A DNA stretch of 20,000 nucleotides from Picochlorum sp. SENEW3 (taxonomy: Eukaryota), in the NCBI GenBank assembly GCA_034226945.1, contig CP120457.1:1113346-1133345 (forward strand). Reading direction: 5' to 3'. Each line of letters begins with the position of its first letter. Positions within the stretch are counted from its first letter, which is position 1. Of the stretch, positions 9,628 through 18,354 are shown piece by piece. A program made the translations under genes and the position numbers. The notes under the pieces were generated by a model. It was given only the letters and a program-made list of their open reading frames with translations. It ran no database searches and was not told where the DNA came from.

Positions 9628-9827
9628 TTCTCGAGGTGGCTGGTTGCCAAAAAACGCAATTGGTTGGGTAGCACAATGATGATCTTTATGGACAATGGCG
9701 AATGTGCACGTGATGATGAGTTGATCACCAGTTCAAAGGTGAATGTCTAAGTTTTAATATAGTAAGAAGTATCCGGGTACATCCATCGAGCGAAACCCTT
9801 AATCAACTGGAGTCGCAGAAGCGTGAC

Positions 9828-10223
9828 ATGGGCTTGGACAGGGAGGAAATTGCCGCCCTCTTCGACAAGCTCGCCAAGGGCGAGAAAGAGTACTTTTTTG
9901 ACCATGTTGCAGATGATGTTGATTGGACAGTGACGGGGAGGCACCCTATTGCGGGCCGATACACGAAGAAAGCGGACTTTGTGGCTGCCACATGCAGGAT
10001 CGACAACGCTCTGGAGAGGAAAATCCTGTTCAAAGTGCAGCATATCTTGGTGGATGGAGATGTGACAGTTATTGAAATGGAGTCGGAGGCGGTTGCCAAG
10101 AATGGGGAACCGTTCAACAACGCATATTGCTGGGTAGTCACATTTGCGTTTGGGAAGATTTGCAAGGTTCGGGCCTATGTCGACTCGGCCAGCGTTGCCA
10201 AACTCTTGGCGGAAAATGAATAA
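9828..10223 (+). CDS. SnoaL-like / ketosteroid-isomerase-like NTF2 family protein of bacterial type (131 aa, intronless)
   Basis: FFDHVADDVDWTVTGRHPIAGRY, VDGDVTVIE, NGEPFNNAYCWV, GKICKVRAYVDS...ENE: typical single-domain SnoaL_2 layout. Confidence 0.88.
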   Translation: MGLDREEIAALFDKLAKGEKEYFFDHVADDVDWTVTGRHPIAGRYTKKADFVAATCRIDNALERKILFKVQHILVDGDVTVIEMESEAVAKNGEPFNNAYCWVVTFAFGKICKVRAYVDSASVAKLLAENE

Positions 10224-10517
10224 GCATCTCTCTGTTTATCTTGACCATGGATCAGCATAACACTCGTCTTCCCTGGCCCCATCAGAGTCAGGGTGACTGA
10301 TGCCTCTTGAAGAGCAGAGAATTGCAATTGCTTAAGCAAGCTTGCAAGGATGATCATTTGCTTGGATGCAATAAGGGTCGAGTATCATTAAATCAATACA
10401 CGTACATTAAACTTACTTAAAAAAGAGTGTATTGCATTAGAAGATAAAGCCCATGCTCGATAGCGGCGTTTGGGCATTCGCAGATGCTGAATTCGGTTGT
10501 TTCGATTGTCCGACATC

Positions 10518-11405
10518 ATGTCTTCTAAATGCGCGGATTGCGGCCGCAGAGTTGCGAAGAAGGGCGATTTGCGAAATCATCAAGGTCGCCGAATATGCCT
10601 CCGGTGTAGGATGGCTCTTTCGCGGAGCAAAAATGGGACCCTATCACCAACCGTTGCGGGGCGAGCCAACAAGGGTGGGAAGCAGAGTGGGGCGAATGAT
10701 GTAGATAATAATTCCAAGGGCAGAGCCCCCTCGATCGCTGATGGTGCTCACGGTGGGACGCCAGGTGAAGGTGGCAACCTGGAATCCATCGAATTGTCTC
10801 CCTCGATGTGGGATGGTGGCCGTGCGATCCAGTGGCTAGAAGCATACAAGCGAGACCTAGCAATGCAATAGCAGGAGGAGGAATGGGGTGAACCAACCCG
10901 CTATGAAGAATTGACATTTGAATTGAGCAGCTTGATAGGCCAGCAGGCTTGGAATACACATCCAACTCCGAGCAGATGAGGGGACCCCTCAAAGCCCTGA
11001 CAAGAAGCAATCTACTTCATTTGTGGGAACTCAATTAGCAAGCAGTTGTCGGCGCAACAGTGCTGATACTAAGGCCACTCTTATAATTAATTCTGCTGTT
11101 CCCGTCAAATCGCCTACTACTTTTGGCAGGGATGGGGACGAGATTTATAAATCGTCTGTTGCTCGAAATCTGCAACGAATTGGACCAAATAGATGCCATC
11201 ATGCAATAGAACTCGTCGAGAGCAGTCGATTGACGGGGTTTCAGGCTCAAACTCGATCATGATGCATCGTGATTGGCCATGGCCGGTCCGGAGGGCAGAC
11301 GATCCATTCGGCAAAAATTTGAAATTTTACAAAGGTTGGTTCGAGCCAAATTCACTTGAGCGATATAGAGGGCCTGAGAGGAAGAATGTTTTGAATGATA
11401 ACTAG
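10518..11405 (+). pseudogene. Possible decayed gene with N-terminal C4 zinc-ribbon motif
   Basis: ATG 10518: MSSKCADCGRRVAKKGDLRNHQGRRICLRCR (CxxC-x19-CxxC). TAG at 10869..10871 interrupts MQ*QEEEWGEPTRYEELTFEL, and overlapping open frames continue to 11262 and 11405. No splice solution found. Confidence 0.35.
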
Positions 11406-12077
11406 CTTCAAGTATGAAGATATGCTGTATAGTAGACTTAGTCAGTAGCTACTGAATAGGGTTCCCTGGTGGAGGTTGACCAACCATGCTCTCAAGGACC
11501 AGAAATGGAGCCAAGTGGTGGTTTTTTGAGCATGATGGCTACTTAAGAGTATTAAATGTCATATTTGATGAATAAACGCATTAAAACCCTTTACAGGAGT
11601 TTCTAAGACGCACTATCCATCTTTATATTTTTGAGGCGATTTATGGTTTTCACGCACCTACCGACTACTTTTGTCAGAGCACTCCTGACGGGAACAGCAG
11701 AATGAAGAGTGGCCTAATCAACCCTAATCAAAAAACACAGGGCGCCGGCGCCACTCTTTCCGTACAAAGTACAATTAAAATCAAGATGCTCTGCGAGGAA
11801 TCTTTTTTACGTGCCGGCGAAAGATTCCAAGGCTGCAGAGTTTACGCCATGCATTCTTGTAGCGATGCGTGTTCTTTAATTTGTTGTAATCACTTGCAAA
11901 TAGTTGTTGACAAGCATCAACGCTGTTTACACGGTGTAGCAGTGTGAAAGCTTCTGCAGTGTTCAACTTGCCGACGACCCCGTGCAACTTTCCAGGAAAG
12001 AGCCTGCGCAGTCGAGCCCAATTCATCGCCTCAGTGCGCTATTGATTTACGGAGTATCTGAATCATTATAATTTATC

Positions 12078-14327
12078 ATGGTCTGGAGTAATTTCACTTG
12101 GAGTACGTGGCATTTTCCCAATTTGTGGTTGCTTTTCTGGATGTTCCTCCACCTGGTCCTCTTTCCAGGAATCCTCCAGGAGATTCTTCTCCGTACTGTA
12201 CCGCACGACTCATAACACTGTTATCGTGATGCAGTCTTCGTGTGTTCCATCTTCCTGGCCTTTTTTGTGGCTTGGGGTATCGGAGCCAACGACGTTGCCA
12301 ACTCTTTTGCCACATCTGTTGGATCAAAAGCTCTGTCGTTAAAACAAGCCGTCCTAGTGGCAGCAGTATTCGAATTTGGAGGAGCCATGTTGTTGGGATC
12401 TGGTGTGACGTCCACCATTCGTTCGGGCATTGCCAAGCCAGAAGCTTACACATACAGTCCAGATTTGCTCATGTATGGAATGTTATGTGCCTTGCTGTCT
12501 GCTGGGTTGTGGTTGGCACTCGCCACTTTCCTCGAGCTTCCAGTGTCCACAACTCATAGTATTGTTGGTGCCATCATCGGAATGTCCATGATTGCTGCTG
12601 GAGCTGACTCTGTTGTGTGGTACAAAGCGCCAGCAGGAGGTGACAACCCATTCCCAGGAGGAGTTGTGTCCATTATTTTGGCGTGGATCATCACCCCTTG
12701 CATGGCTGCTCTTGTGGCTGGACTCTTGTTTGTCTTCACCAAGATCGTTGTCCTCAACGCCCGTAATCCGTTCAGAATGTCTTTGTTCCTCTTCCCACTG
12801 TACACATTCATTACCGCCTGGGTCATCACCTACTTTGTGATCCAAAAGGGAGTCAACGGATGGATGAAGAATGAGACATACACTGGTAGCTTGGCTGACC
12901 CACCATCTTGCCCACCAGGTGGAAGCCCAACAAAGGATGCCAAAATCTCAAGCGATGTCTGCGACGGCGAGGAGGGTAACTTCACCTTGAAGACTCCAGA
13001 GAACATTGAGGTCACACAGACTGGATGCGAGATTCCAGATGGAACTGCTGCTTGGATTGCTGCTGTGACAGCGGCAGTATGCTCTGTTGTGGCCATCATT
13101 GGTCTCAGGCTGGTGATCAAGCTCGTCAGCAGAGATATGGAATTGTACGAGAAGCAGGTCGCTGCTGTTGAGGCCAAGGCTGCCGGAGGCATTGAAGAGG
13201 GAGACAAGGCTGGAGAGCCATCGGAAGAGTCTGATGACTTTGAGCCTGGAAAGCCAAGAGGAAGAACACCAGCTGCCTTGGCTGATATGCGCAAGTCTAG
13301 AGTGTGGAAGGCCCTTGGCAACGGTATTAACCAGGATATCCACAAGGTTGCCGAGACTGATGCCAAGATCAAGGAAATCCACGAGGGTGCACAAGTCTTT
13401 GACGTGAAGACCGAGTTCTCTTTCAAGTACCTCCAGGTCATTACTGCCTGTGCTAATTCCTTTGCTCATGGTGCCAACGATGTGGCAAACTCCATCGGTT
13501 CATTTGCTGCAATCTATTCTATCTGGCAGTGCGAGTGTGCCGACTCCAAGGCACAGGTGCCAATTTGGATGTTTGTTATTGGAGGAATCGGAATTGTTGT
13601 CGGTCTCGCCACATATGGGTACAAGATTATGCGTGCACTTGGCGTAAAAATGGTCAAGGTGACAAACTCCAGAGGATACTGTGCAGAGTTGACATCATCC
13701 ATCATTGTCATTGTGTCCTCAAGATACGGATTCCCTGTGTCAACCACGCAGGTGATTACTGGTGCCATCACTGGCATCGGTCTTGTGGAGGTGATTAGTG
13801 CAAAGATGAGGAAGGAAGTTCGCCCAGGATCTCGATACAACTGGTTGTTGTTGATCAAGTTCTTCGGTGGATGGGTGGCCACCATTGTCGTTGCTGCCTT
13901 GGTTGCTGCAGCATTCACGGCTCAAGGTATCTATGCACCCTATAAGAATGGAACTGATGACCGTGCTAACTTCAACGCTGCCTTCAATGAAGTCAACGAG
14001 GGAATTGCCAACACATTGATTGCAGCAGGAAATGTCACAAACCCAACTGCTGATCAGGAAGAGGTCTACAACTGGGGCCTCACTATTGCCAAATTGAACG
14101 AGGAGATTGCTGATTCTGGTAACTACATGTTATTGGATCCTAACGCCTACCTGTCTGTGTACAACAATGGCACATACTTCTTGGGCAATGCAACCCTCCT
14201 TGGCGTGCTGGATAACACATTCGCCCCAGTGATGCCACTGCAGTCTGACAGTCTCCCAGTCGTGTATCCTGAGACTACATGTGACTTGGAGATTCCAGAG
14301 AACCTTTTGGAAGATGCGGGATTGTAG
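12078..14327 (+). CDS. PTB: PiT/PHO4 (SLC20) family Na+/phosphate symporter, algal PTB type, ~705 aa
   Basis: Exons 12078..12102 and 12235..14327; intron 12103..12234 (132 nt, GTACGT...TGCAG) gives MVWSNFTWIFVCSIFLAFFVAWGIGANDVANSF. Two PiT signatures (GANDVAN twice), LPVSTTHS and FPVSTTQ, many hydrophobic helices. Confidence 0.96.
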
Positions 14328-14368
14328 CGGAGAGGAACATCTCTCTGAAAGAGAGGTGATCTCTAGCC

Positions 14369-14773
14369 GAGATCTGCGATCATTGCCGTCTTCATACATA
14401 TACTGACAAGATTATTCTCAAGCAACAACTTCTATTTCAAGCCACATTGCTTGTGTTTACGACAGATGCCCACCATGCGGTGTGCAATCCTCGACCCTCA
14501 CTGGGCGTGAAGGTTGAACGCTCCCTGTCGGCGACGACCTGTGAGCGTGTGACTGGAGCAAGGTACTGCGCCTTCTGGAAGGATATCCAGAAACACACTG
14601 GCAACGTGCTGCCAGCCCGGTTAAATACTTTTAAACTACATGTGTACTTGTTTGGGTGGAGTGGAATGTTTCTGCGCAACCGTTTGAGAAGCGAGGGACG
14701 CCTCGACTCGGCGTCGGACACGTTCCAGGCGCGCCACCCGAAACGCGTTTGGGTCACGTACATCAGTCTGACA
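14369..14773 (+). repeat. Recent direct duplication, copy 1 (~400 bp)
   Basis: 14374..14730 aligns without gaps to 15038..15394 (offset 664) with five substitutions found by eye (14445, 14567, 14585, 14590, 14720); similarity continues with indels to ...cagtctgaca. Confidence 0.95.
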
Positions 14774-15032
14774 TGCGTTGCCACGGATTTGACCCAGGAT
14801 TAATCTGTACGTCTGAAATCATCTAATTTAGGACAGCCAGTCACTCATGATGGTTGTCAAGCTGTATGAGCACTTGGCAACGAAAAACGAATGAGCTGTA
14901 ATACATCTATAGCTTTTTATCGATATATCAGATACAAAAAAAACAATACTAGCAAGTGATTCTCGTAACAAATGATAGAACGCACACACGTGTTCTGAAC
15001 CTGCTGCAGAGAGTTACACCTGAAGGACAGGA

Positions 15033-15432
15033 GAGACCTGCGATCATTGCCGTCTTCATACATATACTGACAAGATTATTCTCAAGCAACAACTTCTATT
15101 TCAAGCCATATTGCTTGTGTTTACGACAGATGCCCACCATGCGGTGTGCAATCCTCGACCCTCACTGGGCGTGAAGGTTGAACGCTCCCTGTCGGCGACG
15201 ACCTGTGAGCGTGTGACTGGAGCAAGGTACCGCGCCTTCTGGAAGGATGTCCATAAACACACTGGCAACGTGCTGCCAGCCCGGTTAAATACTTTTAAAC
15301 TACATGTGTACTTGTTTGGGTGGAGTGGAATGTTTCTGCGCAACCGTTTGAGAAGCGAGGGACGCCTCGACTCGGCGTCGGACTCGTTCCAGGCCACCCG
15401 AAAACGCGTACGCGTACGCGTCAGTCTGACAC
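15033..15432 (+). repeat. Recent direct duplication, copy 2
   Basis: See copy 1; the 3' end carries an (ACGCGT)3 run. Confidence 0.95.
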
Positions 15433-15674
15433 GTTCCTAATTCAGTCAGCCGCGGCTGATCCTACATACACTCTTCGTTTTTAAGTGCGAGTAGTGTCCG
15501 AAAATATTTGTTTTCTGGGTTCCACGCAAGAGTGGAAACTACCCCTTTGCTGGGGAAGCTACTCTTCATAGTCGTCTATACCCGGTCCAGCAGATCGATG
15601 GACCGAAATATCTCATTGGCTTAGAAAGACGCTTTTTCGACGCTCGTGTCCAAGAACTGTCCACTTTTGTCCAG

Positions 15675-16156
15675 TGGTCGTCTTTTCTTATTGTGTCTTT
15701 TTACGGACGAACACGAGCGTTTTGTTGAAATCCTTAATATCTCCGGTCGAATCGATGACAGGAGCGGACACAGTTCAGAGTCACAAGCAAGCGTGTCAGT
15801 AGCGTGCTATTGGCAAAACACTCACAGCCACCCGCCTGCTTGGCTTTTTTCTTCTGTCGTCTCATTGAATTGATTCGATAATATTGGAATGGCAATCAAC
15901 GATTCATGCAGAAACCCATCAGGAGAAAGAGAGGACCTGGACGTCGTGGCCCTGTCCACTGTGATTGCCAAGGCATTGCCGTGGAACGGTGCGGGACCCT
16001 TTTCTGTGGACGTGGCCATACGTGGGTGGGTATGATGGACTTCTTATGAATCTATGAATCATATTAATGGCCCTTCCTGCCCGCCCATGGGTGACAGCTC
16101 TGCAGGCCCCTCCTCCTCGTCCCAACCAATGTGATGCGAACGGAATTGACAACGAC
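15675..16156 (+). repeat. Older diverged repeat family, copy A
   Basis: Shares ordered blocks with 16380..16868: ttattgtgtctttttacggacg, tctccggtcgaat, caggagcggacacagttcag, tagcgtgct, gccacccgcctgcttgg, ttgattcgata, gacgtcgtggc, ttatgaat..atgaatc, gatgcga..ggaattg. Confidence 0.9.
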
Positions 16157-16379
16157 CAGCTGTGTTTTCAATGGGGACTTTCATTCATTCCTCGCGGTGT
16201 CAGCAGGACGTTGTGCCAAGTATAATGTTATGGCATATTCAATGCAATTGTTGGACTAGGACTAGGAGGAGGAGTGATCGATACACATTCCCAAGTGTTT
16301 TTCTGCTGTAATTGAACACAATAAAAAATCATGACCTTCAACGCTTCCAAAGTTTCAGAAGTTTCAGAAGTTTGAACTC

Positions 16380-16868
16380 TGGTCGCCTTTTTTTATTGTG
16401 TCTTTTTACGGACGGAAACGACGAGCGTACTAGGCGTGATGTCTCCGGTCGAATGGATGTCAGGAGCGGACACAGTTCAGTGAGAGAGCCACAGGGTTGA
16501 ACAAGCTAGCGTGCTCTTGGCACAACACCACCCCACTGTGCCACCCGCCTGCTTGGTTTTCTTTCTTCTGCCATCTCCTTGACTTGATTCGATACTACTA
16601 CTACTTTTAGATGGTGGAGTGACAATCAAAGATAAATACATAAACCCACGAGGAGAAGAGGTTCCTCGACGTCGTGGCATGTTGCCATGGCTTTGTCGTG
16701 AACGGTTGGGGACAGTTTTCTCCCTCTGTAGCCATGCGCTGGTGGTATACTATCAAAATTGATTTATTATTATTATGAATGCATGAATCGTCTTCATGGT
16801 TCTCCTTCTTCTTACCCCTCCTGGGGAGCGACTCCCAAATGCTGCGATGCGAGTGGAATTGGCGACGA
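16380..16868 (+). repeat. Older diverged repeat family, copy B
   Basis: See copy A; offset about 705 bp with many indels. Confidence 0.9.
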
Positions 16869-17229
16869 AACAGAGTAGGATATTCGGTAGAAACATAGAA
16901 CATTAGCTCATGTCACGATGCCAAATTTTGGATGCGTCGAATGTTGCGGTACCCTTGCGTGATGAGGTCCCAGATACAGTGGTGGCAATAACGCATGGGT
17001 GACGCATGCTTGTTCCAAATTCACAGACTGATTTCGCATCACGAGGTATGATGACGCATCCTGTGAGGTATGCTGTGCCTCGTTCCAGCTGGGGGGCAGT
17101 GACGGCAATATTGAGGGGCATTGAATTATATATAGATTTTACCAGGCGATAATTTGCCCTTAGTATGGACAGTGCATGTTGTAGGCCTGTGGTTGTGGAA
17201 TGCAACCTGGGCCTCTTGTGGTGAACCTA

Positions 17230-17450
17230 CCCTATTGTTTGTCGTCGAACGTTGCACTTTCGCTCTGTGCTTTCCGCTCTTTCTTTTGTTTTTCTTTTTC
17301 GAACAGATAGATCGATTTGTCCTGCGAGCCTGGCGCGTGGCTTCTTCTTTTTTCTTCTCTTGCCTCGGTTTGGGGCTGTGCCTGCTGTTGCAATCATCTT
17401 TTCAACTCCTTTTCTTGTTCTTGTTGCTTGGCAGCCTTTTGAATCTCGAC
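17230..17450 (-). pseudogene. Possible relic of a charged coiled-coil coding sequence
   Basis: Minus frame VEIQKAAKQQEQEKELKR*LQQQAQPQTEAREEKRR with an internal TGA; may also just reflect purine-rich composition. Confidence 0.25.
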
Positions 17451-18095
17451 TATTCGACACGGTGTCAAACACTAGTGGAGCCCCATTCAACAACCAACCT
17501 ATTGAGGGTGAGCTCAGTTCCTTTCTTGTCACAGGCTCTCTTTGTATTGTTGTTCCGATCAATGTTGTTGATTGGTAAAGAAACGCGTGGGAATACATTC
17601 TGTTTGTTCTTTGTTTTCGTTTTGTTTGTTGTTGTGTAGCAGAGAAGCCTTTCTTCTCTTTTTTCTGTAGTTGTAGCTCCTACATTCATTCATCCAGTTC
17701 TGAGCAGCTCTTGTGATGGCCACATTCCCTAGTCTATTGGTGGACAGACAACACCTATCATTTCAATCAAAACCAGATTGATTCTGCTATATATCTTTTG
17801 TTCTTATATTTTTTGTACAAGGATACGACATACTACTAGGATTTGCTCTATCAAAGCAGCCGCGTGTCAGGACAGCAGGGGGTGTTGCATGATTCCCCCA
17901 ACAGATCTCTGTGCATATGTGTGAGTGTCCACATCCATCCTGTATTCACACGTTGTTCTACTTAGCATACGATAGAGTAGATGGATTAGAACATATTTTT
18001 TTATAGGGTAGGGGGTAGATAGACTGAAGGCATCGGTCCGACAGAGTATTGGACCAATCAGTAAGGTCGGCCTCTTTTTCTTTTCTCGCGAGGCA

Positions 18096-18134
18096 TTTCC
18101 GTCCGTAAATGAGGACAATAAAAAAGGACGACCA
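18096..18134 (-). repeat. Inverted third copy of the 39-bp head of repeat A/B
   Basis: Minus strand tggtcgtccttttttattgtcctcatttacggacggaaa vs 16380..16418: 32/39 identical without gaps. Confidence 0.8.
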
Positions 18135-18354
18135 TGAAACCACACGCTTTATCCGCTCGGCCACACTCAGCGTGCTTTTTGTGGCTTTTTTCATCTCCCA
18201 TCACAAGGGACGTTTGACCGGCAGTGTAGTTCTCCTCCTCCATCAAACACCTCTTCTGATGGGAGCCTGGATACGGAGCACACACAGGTGGAGGAAGAGA
18301 GAGCTGTGGAACAGTCTTTAAACACGACGAGATCTTCCCCAAAGAAGCGTCGCA

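Noticed and set aside
9676..9750. Box C motifs (RTGATGA) suggesting a C/D snoRNA
   Set aside because: No box D (CTGA) or terminal stem at suitable distance.
11406..12077. P1BS (GNATATNC) upstream of the phosphate transporter
   Set aside because: No perfect match found by eye; only a near match AGATATGC around 11418.
14325..14364. TAG-CGG followed by a strong hairpin, resembling a stop-codon readthrough signal
   Set aside because: The hairpin is real, but readthrough would add only about 7 aa before TGA, and the CGG motif is described for UGA.
2517..14399. Many antisense and alternate-frame ORFs inside the aminotransferase, GAD, TAF2 and PTB genes
   Set aside because: Shadows of real coding sequence with no independent motifs.
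14437..15440. ORFs of 98-118 aa on both strands of the duplicated element
   Set aside because: Non-ATG starts, no recognisable domain, and copy differences are replacements in these frames.
14369..18134. CRISPR array, LTR element or autonomous transposon
   Set aside because: No regular repeat-spacer pattern, no TG..CA ends or PBS, and no transposase or RT coding sequence.
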